Shown: positions 33,875 through 41,188 of the stretch, piece after piece
Layout of the letters: the number at the start of each line of letters is the position of its first letter
Numbering within the stretch: position 1 is the first letter of the stretch
Assembly (NCBI GenBank): GCA_040081735.1
Contig: JBEBFX010000001.1
Coordinates: 1-41,188 of the forward strand
Source of the DNA: Alphaproteobacteria bacterium
GTDB taxonomy: Bacteria; Pseudomonadota; Alphaproteobacteria; UBA11222
Reading direction: 5' to 3'
Length of the DNA: 41,188 nt
Made by a program: the position numbers and the translations under genes
Notes under the pieces: model-generated
Databases searched by the model: none
The model's input: the letters and a program-made list of their open reading frames with translations, nothing else
Told to the model about the DNA's origin: nothing

Positions 33875-35275
33875 CTACAGATACCAGGCGTATTCCTGCG
33901 GCGATATGGTCAGCAGAAACTTGTCCAGTTCCCGGCGCTTGGCGTCCACATACAACGCGCCATAATTACCCGGGAAATATTCCGGCAGGATTTTCCCCCT
34001 GGCAAGGGCGTCCAGCGCCGCCCAGATATTCTGCGGCAGATCCGGCGTCAGTTGCGCGCCTGCATTACCCGCCACCGGCGGACCCGGATCGGCCCTGGTG
34101 ACCAGACCATAATGCACGCCGGCCAATATTGCGGCCACAACAAGATAGGGATTGGCGTCAGAACCGGCCACCCGATGCTCCAGCCGGCGGGCGTCATCGG
34201 GGCCGGCAGGCACCCGCACCGCAACCGAGCGATTATTGTAGCCCCAGCAATCTGCGACCGGCACGAACAGATTGGCCCCATAGCGCCGGAAGGCCCCCAG
34301 GCTTGGGGCAAAGATCGCCATGGATTGGGCCATGCTCCGGCACACGCCGCCAATGGCGTGGCGTAACTGGGGACTGCCGTCGGCCCCGTTGCCCTCAAAT
34401 ATATTGCGCCCCGTCTGATCAAGCAGACTGATATGCACATGCAGGCCGCTGCCCACCTTGTCCGCATAGGGCTTGGACATAAAGCTGGCTTCCATGCCCC
34501 GCGCCTGGGCCGCCGCCTTGACCAGACGCCGCAACAGCGCCGCGTCATCCGCCGCGCGCATCGCGTCCGGGCGATGCCGCAGATTGATCTCGAACTGGCC
34601 TGGCCCAAATTCGGCGCTGGCCATGGTTACAGGAACCCCCTGCAACGCGCTCCAGCGCTGCAAATCCGTCATGAAAGCCTGATAATAGTCCAGCTCTTCC
34701 AGCGAATAGACCTGGTTGCTGAGATCGCGGCGTCCCGATCCGGGCAGTTTTGGCGGCTGCGGAAGCCCGCCGGGTCCCCGCTCACTGTCAATCAGATAAA
34801 ATTCCAGCTCACAGGCCACCACCGGGGTCAGTCCCATGGCCGTAAACTTCTCAACAACCGCCGCCAGCACATTGCGCGGATCATAACAGAAGTCCTGGCG
34901 CCGCGGTTCCTGCAGGCTCATCAAAACCTGACCCAGCCCTGGACCCGCCCACGGTGCGGGCGCCAAAGTCCCCGCGACAGGAAAGCCCGTGCCGTCTGGG
35001 TCGCCGTCTGTAAATCCGCGCCCCAGCACGTCCAGCTGGTCCCCGGTCACATCCAGAAGATAGATACTGGCGGGCAGGTTCATCCCGTGGCGGTAAAGCC
35101 CGGCCAGTTCGTTGATGGGAAGACGTTTGCCCCGCGCCATGCCGCACATATCAATAAATATGGCGTCAACAAAGCGTATCTCGGGATAGCGCCGGCAAAA
35201 TTCCCCGGCTTCCGGGGAAATCCGCGCTGTCGCACCGCCAGTCGCACTGGCAGGCGAATCGGTCACATTCAGCAT
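33875..35275 (-). CDS. Glutamine synthetase family protein (gamma-glutamyl-amine ligase-like)
   Basis: 466-aa ORF with the GS catalytic-domain pattern: ELEFYL, SAEFGPGQFEINL, GSGLHVHISL, NRSVAVRVP. Confidence 0.8.
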   Translation of the reverse strand: MLNVTDSPASATGGATARISPEAGEFCRRYPEIRFVDAIFIDMCGMARGKRLPINELAGLYRHGMNLPASIYLLDVTGDQLDVLGRGFTDGDPDGTGFPVAGTLAPAPWAGPGLGQVLMSLQEPRRQDFCYDPRNVLAAVVEKFTAMGLTPVVACELEFYLIDSERGPGGLPQPPKLPGSGRRDLSNQVYSLEELDYYQAFMTDLQRWSALQGVPVTMASAEFGPGQFEINLRHRPDAMRAADDAALLRRLVKAAAQARGMEASFMSKPYADKVGSGLHVHISLLDQTGRNIFEGNGADGSPQLRHAIGGVCRSMAQSMAIFAPSLGAFRRYGANLFVPVADCWGYNNRSVAVRVPAGPDDARRLEHRVAGSDANPYLVVAAILAGVHYGLVTRADPGPPVAGNAGAQLTPDLPQNIWAALDALARGKILPEYFPGNYGALYVDAKRRELDKFLLTISPQEYAWYL

Positions 35276-35359
35276 AAATCACCAAAACGGCGAGGATTCG
35301 CCGCTGTCCTTAAACATAGCGCAAAACGGGTTATTTGGCAACCGCATTTTGCGTTCGTG

Positions 35360-35393
35360 AACAGGACGGCGGCAACCGGGCCGCCGTCCTGTT
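35360..35393 (-). terminator. Perfect 14-bp GC hairpin downstream of the PEP-CTERM gene (no U-tract)
   Basis: The sequence is aacaggacggcggc-aaccgg-gccgccgtcctgtt. It lies 24 nt after the stop at 35417. The lack of a T-run keeps confidence low. Confidence 0.35.
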
Positions 35394-35416
35394 ATTCCAT
35401 GATCCTGTCCCGGCTT

Positions 35417-36931
35417 CTATCCCCGGCGGCGGCGCAGCCACGCCATACCGCCCAATCCGGACAGCAACAGCGCACTGGTTACCGGTTCCGGCACTTCCGC
35501 GAAGGACAGGATGGAGGACCGCAGCAATTCAGACCCAACCGGACAACCGCCGCCAAATGTATTGTCGTAGGTATAAACACCGGTGCTGGTGTTCCGGCAA
35601 ACATCGAATTGTTCACCGCTTCCCGACTGGGTCACGCTGACGTCATTGTCATTGGCGATCATCAGGGTCCTTCTGCCATTTGGCAATGTGGGGCCAAACA
35701 TCAGGCCTTCGTATTTCTCCAGAACCGGCAGGTTCGCTGCCAGCAAGGCCGCCTGAATATCAATGTAAAGCGATTTGGTCACCGGTATGACGCCGCCCGG
35801 CAAACTGTTGCTGCCCGCCAGGCTGATGCCTGACACATCCGTGGCGCCGCTGATGTCAATCTGGTACACGCGCTTGCTGGCAACCGGCAGCGCGTTCGCG
35901 GCGGGATCAACGCCGACGCCCCGATTGTCGCGTTCCAGCACCAGAAATTTATCATCGCCCATCGCGAGGATCGCGCTGACCCCGATGCTGCGGCCCTGCT
36001 GGTTTTCCGTAAAATCATTGTCGCCCACGCCGGGTGTGCGTGCATTGATATCGGCGATGCTTTCAAGCTGATACACCACCTGCTTGGTCGCCAGCCCGGT
36101 TGCCGTATCAAACTCGACGATGCGCAGGTTCGGGCTGCGGCGGCCCTGATTACCGGACCCTTCATTCACCAGCGCATCCTGCAGAATCGCATACATTTTG
36201 CTTCCGTCCTCGCTGACGGTCAGTCCTTCAAAGCCGCGATTATCCTGACGGCCATTGGTGATCGTGGGGCGGCCATCGACATAGTTCAAATCGGGGGCCG
36301 TGCCCGCGTCCGCGCCATCGGGCTGGGTCGGGATTAGATTCGCGGGCGTGGTAAATTGACGCACAAAGCTGCCCGTCTCGTCAAACTCGATCACCGACGG
36401 CCCGTATTCATCGGCCACATACATGTGCCCGTTGGACTTGTTCACCACCAGGCCTTCCGGATCAAAGCTGTTGCCCAGCACGCTCTTGTCCCCATTCTGC
36501 AAACCGGGGTTCAGGCCATTATAGGCGCCCGAGCCATTACTGAATTTGATAGTGTCCAGAAGCTGGAAATTGGAAATCGCGCCGGTTGCCGCATGGACAT
36601 CCATGGTGAATTTCTCGACCCGCGTTTCAAACGAAATCAGACCGCCGCCGGGGCCGCGATCGACGAGACCGTACCAGACATTATTTGTATCATCATAAAA
36701 CAGATCAGAGCCAAACCCGCCAAGCCGGTTCTGGTTGGGGGTGCTGCCGTCGGGCGCGCCCGGCGCTGCATCCAGCATTTCACCCGGTATGGTGATCTGA
36801 TTGACGAAGTTAAACTGTACCGCCTGCACAGGTGACACAAAGCCAAACGTTAACGCCGCCGCACTAACCGCAAGACGTAAAAGTGGCGCTTTATCAGTAA
36901 AAGACACTTTGCCCATAAGCTGGTTCTCCAA
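35417..36931 (-). CDS. Secreted phytase-like/esterase-like beta-propeller protein with a PEP-CTERM anchor
   Basis: 504-aa ORF with an N-terminal signal peptide (LAVSAAALTFGFVSPVQA). The body has FEGL/ADEYGP-type phytase-like motifs. The C-terminus is VPEPVTSALLLSGLGGMAWLRRRRG, which is VPEP plus a TM plus an Arg cluster. Confidence 0.65.
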   Translation of the reverse strand: MENQLMGKVSFTDKAPLLRLAVSAAALTFGFVSPVQAVQFNFVNQITIPGEMLDAAPGAPDGSTPNQNRLGGFGSDLFYDDTNNVWYGLVDRGPGGGLISFETRVEKFTMDVHAATGAISNFQLLDTIKFSNGSGAYNGLNPGLQNGDKSVLGNSFDPEGLVVNKSNGHMYVADEYGPSVIEFDETGSFVRQFTTPANLIPTQPDGADAGTAPDLNYVDGRPTITNGRQDNRGFEGLTVSEDGSKMYAILQDALVNEGSGNQGRRSPNLRIVEFDTATGLATKQVVYQLESIADINARTPGVGDNDFTENQQGRSIGVSAILAMGDDKFLVLERDNRGVGVDPAANALPVASKRVYQIDISGATDVSGISLAGSNSLPGGVIPVTKSLYIDIQAALLAANLPVLEKYEGLMFGPTLPNGRRTLMIANDNDVSVTQSGSGEQFDVCRNTSTGVYTYDNTFGGGCPVGSELLRSSILSFAEVPEPVTSALLLSGLGGMAWLRRRRG

Positions 36932-37086
36932 TAAAATATCGTAAAAAAGGCCCTCGCATATTGCTTTCAGGCTTTAAGAAATAATTAAGCAACAATGTTT
37001 CGGCTTGATGGCAGTCAGGTTACAGCGCGGTTAACAGGCGCATCGGCCCCTCCAGGCCCCGCAAATTCACGGCTGCATAAACCTTC

Positions 37087-37111
37087 TACATGATGTAAAA
37101 GCTGCTTACAT
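37087..37111. promoter_or_regulatory. Operator-like inverted repeats upstream of tetR
   Basis: TACATGATGTA (37087-37097) and ATGTAA-N7-TTACAT (37093-37111) lie 23 nt upstream of the TetR start. The half-site is the same as at 37829-37848. Confidence 0.45.
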
Positions 37112-37133
37112 TTCATGGCAAGCAGGATTCGCA

Positions 37134-37760
37134 ATGAGCCGCCGCACCTATCATCATGGCAATCTGCGTGAAGCGCTGATCCAGGCCGCGCTGGAACTGA
37201 TTGGTGAAAAGGGCCATGCCGGGTTCACCTTTGCCGATGCGGCCCGCCTCGCGGGCGTGAGCCCCGCCGCGCCCTACCGGCATTTTCGCGACCGTGACGC
37301 CCTGATGGCTGACGTCGCGCGGCTTGGCTTTGAACAGTTTGAAATTGCCTTGAGCCGCGCCTGGAACGGCGGCGCACCGGACCCGCTCAGCGCCCTCGCC
37401 CGGCTTGGACGCGCCTATCTGGCCTTTGCACGCACGGAACCAGCCTATTATTCCTCGATGTTCGAGGCGGGCGTACCGCCTGAATCCGACGCCGCTCTGG
37501 TTCAGGCGGGCGAACGGGTATTCGCGATCCTGCGCCAGGCCGCCGGGGCTCTTGTGGCCAGACTGCCGGAACCGGGCCGTCCGCCTTCGTTGATGATCGC
37601 GCTGCATATCTGGTCGCTATCCCATGGGGTTGCGGCCCTGTTTGGCAGGGGCGACAGAGCCCGGCGCAAACTGCCCATGTCGCCGGAGGACCTGCTGGAA
37701 GCAGGCGTGCTGGTGTATCTGCATGGCCTCGGGATCGGTCTGCCCCCCGCCCCCGGCTGA
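37134..37760 (+). CDS. TetR/AcrR-family transcriptional regulator
   Basis: 208-aa ORF. TYHHGNLREALIQAALELIGEKGHAGFTFADAARLAGVSPAAPYRHFRDRDAL is the canonical TetR HTH. Confidence 0.8.
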   Translation: MSRRTYHHGNLREALIQAALELIGEKGHAGFTFADAARLAGVSPAAPYRHFRDRDALMADVARLGFEQFEIALSRAWNGGAPDPLSALARLGRAYLAFARTEPAYYSSMFEAGVPPESDAALVQAGERVFAILRQAAGALVARLPEPGRPPSLMIALHIWSLSHGVAALFGRGDRARRKLPMSPEDLLEAGVLVYLHGLGIGLPPAPG

Positions 37761-37795
37761 CTTCGAAAAAATCCGGATTATTTTATAAGGGCCTC

Positions 37796-37848
37796 TTGAC
37801 AGCGCCAACCCGAATGCATAATTCTGTGAATGTAAATTACATTTACAT
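37796..37848 (+). promoter_or_regulatory. Sigma70-like promoter plus TetR-type operator for the DUF2852 gene
   Basis: TTGACA (37796-37801) is followed by a 17-nt spacer and TAATTC. Next comes the perfect palindrome AATGTAA-A-TTACATT (37829-37843) and a third TTACAT (37843-37848). GGAGG and the ATG at 37864 follow. Confidence 0.55.
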
Positions 37849-37863
37849 GGAGGCCCGCGGGGC

Positions 37864-38322
37864 ATGGAAAACATCGTACAAAAACTCGACAGCATGGGGA
37901 AACCGGCCTGGATCGGCCTGATGGTTCTTAGTTTTATATTGTTTTGGCCCATAGGCCTGGCGGTGCTGGCCTATCTCATATGGAGTGGCAGAATGGGACA
38001 CAGACATCGACATGGACGCGGCCGCTGGCATTTTGAGCCAGCCGATGGAAATCTTGAAGGTGAGCAAACGGGCGGCCGCTGCGGACACCGCCGCGACCGG
38101 CAGTCCAGCGCCCCAAGCCGTTCCAGCGGCAACCTGGCCTTCGATGAATACCGCGAGGAAACCCTGAAACGCCTGGAGCAGGAACAACAGCAGTTCACCG
38201 ATTTCCTCGAACGCCTGCGCTTTGCCAAGGACAAGTCGGAATTTGACCAGTTCCTGGCCGACCGCCGCAATGTTCCCGCAGCGCCAGAAGGGCCTGAGGC
38301 CCAAGCGCCGGGTCAGCCGTAA
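37864..38322 (+). CDS. DUF2852-family small membrane protein
   Basis: 152-aa ORF. MGKPAWIGLMVLSFILFWPIGLAVLAYLIWSGRM ... FDEYREETLKRLEQEQQQFTDFLERLRFAKDKSEFDQF is the DUF2852 pattern. Confidence 0.65.
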   Translation: MENIVQKLDSMGKPAWIGLMVLSFILFWPIGLAVLAYLIWSGRMGHRHRHGRGRWHFEPADGNLEGEQTGGRCGHRRDRQSSAPSRSSGNLAFDEYREETLKRLEQEQQQFTDFLERLRFAKDKSEFDQFLADRRNVPAAPEGPEAQAPGQP

Positions 38323-38350
38323 ATAGTGGACGGATGAAGTAGCCCCGCAC

Positions 38351-38420
38351 TGTCATCCTGAGCCGCGGGCGAAGTATCTCCTTTAACCAATCGAGATTCT
38401 TCGCTCCGCTTAGAATGACA
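38351..38420. repeat. 70-bp imperfect palindromic element (GTCATCCTGAGC type)
   Basis: The sequence is tgtcatcctgagccgcgggcgaagtatctc ... gagattcttcgctccgcttagaatgaca. It shares the catcctgagc/gaag-atctc core with the neighbouring larger element. Confidence 0.7.
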
Positions 38421-38436
38421 AGAAGTTTTGTTTTCT

Positions 38437-38601
38437 CTGGCAGGCTGCTGAAAAACCCGGAATTGTCATCCTGAGCGACCCGCTGCGCCAGCGCTTGCGC
38501 GGCGAGAGCGAAGGATCTCAGAGGCGCCATAAACGCTGGAGATCCTTCAGTCGCTACGCGCCATCAGGATGACAATTCCGGGTTTTTCAGCAGCCTGCTA
38601 G
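38437..38601. repeat. Hairpin MITE-like element, copy 2 (complete)
   Basis: It has 38-bp terminal inverted repeats with one mismatch (ctggcaggctgctgaaaaacccggaattgtcatcctga / tcaggatgacaattccgggtttttcagcagcctgctag). The right-end CTAG contains the TAG stop of the OMP gene. Confidence 0.85.
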
Positions 38602-40142
38602 AAATCCCAGGCGCGATTAAACATGAATTGGCCCCGGTAATTATCATATTGATAATTCGGGATGTTCGAATGCGAATCCTGATAGCCGGCGGTAAGGTTC
38701 AGCACGATCTCGCGCAACGGCGCGGGCCCCGCCGGATTTTCACTTATCAGGCCGATTACGGTTCCTACCGGAACGCCGTAAGTCAGGTCGATTTCCCAAT
38801 CCCGGTCTTCGCGGGTGCCGCCGGAAATGAAGGGATCATTGCCATCATAAAATTGTTTCTCGAGCGAAACGCTGGCCAGCAGGAATGTGCCGCGCGGCAA
38901 TACCTTGGTCAGCGTAGCGGCAACGTCAAAGCCGTCATAGCCTTCATAGGCCAGATCGGCGTCGACACTGTTAAAGGCGCCAGCAAGGCGAAGTCCGGTG
39001 GTTGCATTAAATTGCCGGTCGCCGCCAATTTCGACGCGCTGATAATTGCCGTCCTGTTCGCTTGAAAAGGGCAGGCTGGTGGTATTGTTATATTTGCGCC
39101 ATCCCGTCGTAATCTGGGCGTAGGCCTTGATTTTGGATTTGAAGACTGGCCGCTGGGCGCGCAGCGAAAGTCCGTAATCGCGGGAGTATTTGTTGCTGTC
39201 CAGTTCGATCCAGCTGGCATGAACTGCGGGGATAAGATCGCCGTAAATCGTCTTGTACAGAAATCCCGTATTTATCAGCAGGGCATTCACGTCCAGAGCG
39301 TCAACTTCGACCTGATCATCATACAGCACCGCCACATCGGCAAATATCTGCTGGAGATTCTGGTGGCCGGTATCCTTGGCGATCTGGGCGGAGCCAATGG
39401 CAAGACGGCCCCAATCGTCGATCTCGCCCGACGGAATCACGAAGGGTATGTCGCGTATCAAGACCTTGCCATTATCGGGAAATGTGTTGCGGTTTGTGTC
39501 AAAGTGCATGCCAAGGCTGAGGGCGGCGTTCCGCTTGAGTGGATTTAGGCGCTGCTTGATCAAATCGCGATAACGGGCAATCTCGCCCTGAAGGGGCCCG
39601 GATGGCTTGTGCATTTGCAGTATGTCGAGTTGAACCGATGCTTCGTCCAGCACGTCCATACGGTATAGCAGGACGGCGTACAGCAGTCTGACATCGTCGG
39701 CTTCGGGATATTGCAGCAAAATGCGTTCCGTGGTTGCCGCCGCCAGCTGCACATTGCCCTTGGCGATCAGATCCTTGACATAGCGCAGATTAAGCGACGG
39801 GTCGTCGGGCGCCGCCAGAACTTCGGAATATCCAACCCCTGGCAATCCCTTTGCCTGTTCAACCATGTTCTGGGTGTTCGTGGCGCGTGACACCTGGGTG
39901 GCGGTTTCACCGCGCACATCTTCGGCCGCTTCGCGATTTGAACCCTGCGCGAACCCAGGTCCCTGTAGCGATAGCAGACCCGCAATTACCGCCGTCAGGC
40001 CGGATAGTTTGGCATGCCGCCAGCCGTTTACGCCCCTATGCTTCACGAGCACCCCCTCCGGTAACGCCATTAATATTCGCCAGTGAGAGTTTTTATGCCT
40101 TTCACTGGTTAACCAAGCAAGCTTATAATTGTCTATAAACAT
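38598..40142 (-). CDS. TPR-containing beta-barrel outer-membrane protein (possibly DUF560/Slam-like)
   Basis: 514-aa ORF. A signal-like segment (LTAVIAGLLSLQGPGFAQ) suggests the true start is downstream of 40142. It has TPR-like helices, then alternating beta-strand patterns, and ends in ...NRAWDF. The family call is tentative. Confidence 0.4.
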   Translation of the reverse strand: MFIDNYKLAWLTSERHKNSHWRILMALPEGVLVKHRGVNGWRHAKLSGLTAVIAGLLSLQGPGFAQGSNREAAEDVRGETATQVSRATNTQNMVEQAKGLPGVGYSEVLAAPDDPSLNLRYVKDLIAKGNVQLAAATTERILLQYPEADDVRLLYAVLLYRMDVLDEASVQLDILQMHKPSGPLQGEIARYRDLIKQRLNPLKRNAALSLGMHFDTNRNTFPDNGKVLIRDIPFVIPSGEIDDWGRLAIGSAQIAKDTGHQNLQQIFADVAVLYDDQVEVDALDVNALLINTGFLYKTIYGDLIPAVHASWIELDSNKYSRDYGLSLRAQRPVFKSKIKAYAQITTGWRKYNNTTSLPFSSEQDGNYQRVEIGGDRQFNATTGLRLAGAFNSVDADLAYEGYDGFDVAATLTKVLPRGTFLLASVSLEKQFYDGNDPFISGGTREDRDWEIDLTYGVPVGTVIGLISENPAGPAPLREIVLNLTAGYQDSHSNIPNYQYDNYRGQFMFNRAWDF

Positions 40143-40175
40143 TTGGTAAACAAATGATAAGTAGGTTGCCTGGAT

Positions 40176-41188
40176 ATGAAGGGAATTAGCAGCATGGGCA
40201 AGATCAGGACAATGGATGCAGGCCGCAAGATTGCCCTGGACATGATGGGCGGTTGCGCCCTTGCGTTGCTCGGCTTCTCGTCCCTCTCCGCATCGCTTCC
40301 GGCGCTGGCCGCCCAGCAGGCGGGAGTCGCTGCCGGGGTGATTGGGGTTTTACGGGTGTCCGAGGGTGAACGTCCCCAGGCCGAGCAGGTTAAATCCGGC
40401 ATGGACATGCTGCTTGGAGATCGCGTCAATAGCGAGAAGGCTTCGCGGATGCAGGTGCTGCTGCTGGATGAAACGGTGTTCACCATCGGTCCGGACAGTG
40501 ATCTGGTTATTGATGAATTTGTCTATGATCCCGGTACGCAGACCGGGCGCCTGACCGCTAACTTCACCAAGGGTGTTTTGCGTTATGTGTCTGGCAAGGT
40601 GGCGCTTTCCAGCCCGACAGCGGTCACGATCAAGGCGCGGGACGCGACCATCGGCGTGCGTGGCACGGCATTGTTCGCGATGGACGACCCCGAATCGCCC
40701 GACGGCAGCCAGTTTATCGGACTGCTGGGGCCGGGGGGGCGCAACGATGGCGGGTTAAAGGTCGGCGGCATGACGGTGTCCACCCCGCAAGGGAGCACGG
40801 ATATTTTCCGGGCGGGTTTTGGAACCTTTGTCTCACCTGGCAAGGCCCCCGGGCCGGCTGTGCTGACACCGCCACGGCTGACGCTGCTGCTGCAAACCCA
40901 GCTGACGGCGCCGGTTGCGGCGTCAGAGGCGCCCGCCGGCGGAGAAGGTGAATCGGACAGTGGCGGGGGCGCTACTGAATCCGGAACCTCGGAAAGCACT
41001 GCATCTGATGTATCGGGCGAATCAACGGCCGCCACCGGACTGGATTCCCAGCAGGTGGCAGGCGTGCTGTCAGAATTGGGCGTGGTTGCAAACACAGTTG
41101 TTCAGGCGGAAGAAGCAGGCATAGAGTCGGAAACGCAATCTCCGCCGCCACCGCCTGTTTCGCCGCCGCCGCCACCCCCGGCTGTTGC
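40176..41188 (+). CDS. FecR-domain protein with an acidic/Ser-Gly-rich and proline-rich C-terminal region; the 3' end runs off the window
   Basis: Absent from the ORF track because there is no stop codon in the window. My translation from ATG 40176 (or 40194) gives the signal peptide ALALLGFSSLSASLPALAAQQ. It continues with GDRVNSEKASRMQVLLLDETVFTIGPDSDLVIDEF...ATIGVRGT (FecR-type), then ...ESGTSESTASDVSGE...SPPPPPVSPPPPPPAV. Confidence 0.6.
   Translation, partial: MKGISSMGKIRTMDAGRKIALDMMGGCALALLGFSSLSASLPALAAQQAGVAAGVIGVLRVSEGERPQAEQVKSGMDMLLGDRVNSEKASRMQVLLLDETVFTIGPDSDLVIDEFVYDPGTQTGRLTANFTKGVLRYVSGKVALSSPTAVTIKARDATIGVRGTALFAMDDPESPDGSQFIGLLGPGGRNDGGLKVGGMTVSTPQGSTDIFRAGFGTFVSPGKAPGPAVLTPPRLTLLLQTQLTAPVAASEAPAGGEGESDSGGGATESGTSESTASDVSGESTAATGLDSQQVAGVLSELGVVANTVVQAEEAGIESETQSPPPPPVSPPPPPPAV

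Noticed and set aside
11356-33875. attL/attR direct repeats, an integrase or a tRNA target defining an integrated prophage
   Set aside because: I compared the sequence just outside the immunity gene (11356-11443) with that just outside the repressor gene (33858-33875) by eye and found no shared core. No integrase-like ORF or tRNA is present. I cannot exclude short (under 12 bp) repeats without a computation.
34433-35833. 466-aa plus-strand ORF, the longest ORF on that strand
   Set aside because: It lies antisense to the well-supported glutamine-synthetase-family gene and to the 3' end of the PEP-CTERM gene. Its Arg/Pro/Gln/His-rich, low-complexity composition is typical of shadow ORFs in high-G+C DNA.
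5098-38601. Possibility that the recurring hairpin repeats form a CRISPR array
   Set aside because: The copies are kilobases apart. They are 60-200 bp long, internally palindromic and have terminal inverted repeats. There are no regularly spaced short repeats with unique spacers and no cas genes, so they are MITE/REP-like elements rather than CRISPR.
40583-41095. 170-aa minus-strand ORF rich in Ser/Pro/Ala/Asp
   Set aside because: It is antisense to the FecR-domain gene, whose frame is open from 40176 to the window end and has a signal peptide and domain motifs. The ORF mirrors that gene's low-complexity region.

Overview
This is a high-G+C chromosomal window that looks alphaproteobacterial by gene content, with four parts.

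(1) 1-9.9 kb holds envelope genes. They include a partial SDR epimerase, an acyl-AMP ligase, a Wzx-like flippase, two nucleotidyltransferases and a GNAT-like protein. The last of these sit in one minus-strand operon with lptF/lptG and a HIT hydrolase.

(2) 9.9-11.4 kb is a small accessory edge. It carries long palindromic/MITE-like elements, a DUF2141 protein and an AT-rich orphan membrane protein.

(3) 11.4-33.9 kb is a roughly 22-kb, entirely minus-strand, GTA-type (RcGTA g1-g15-like) head-tail cluster.
- The order is terS-like, terL, portal, small TM protein, prohead protease, HK97 capsid, connector, adaptor, tail completion, major tail, two chaperone ORFs, short tape measure, DUF2460, DUF2163, NlpC/P60, 1317-aa megatron-like host-specificity protein, DUF2793, SleB-type hydrolase.
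- No integrase, replication genes or recognisable holin are present.
- The cluster carries several non-canonical additions. A polymorphic-toxin-like nuclease plus CdiI-like immunity pair is translationally coupled to its distal end.
- A moron cassette (AT-rich promoter region, 93-aa gene, DUF2335 membrane protein, terminator) lies between the portal/TM-protein genes and the protease.
- A five-gene block (LamG-like protein, lipoprotein, three small proteins) lies between the capsid and the connector.
- A MITE sits inside the operon.
- A divergent cI-like repressor and DUF6456/GafZ-like activator pair lies directly upstream.
- A canonical -1 frameshift signal links the two tail-chaperone ORFs.

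(4) 33.9-41.2 kb holds housekeeping and envelope genes. They are a glutamine-synthetase-family enzyme, a PEP-CTERM phytase-like protein, TetR plus a DUF2852 protein with clear operators, more hairpin MITEs, a TPR/beta-barrel OMP and a partial FecR-domain protein.

No rRNA, tRNA or CRISPR array was seen. All family assignments come from reading the translations and motif memory. None has been checked against a database.
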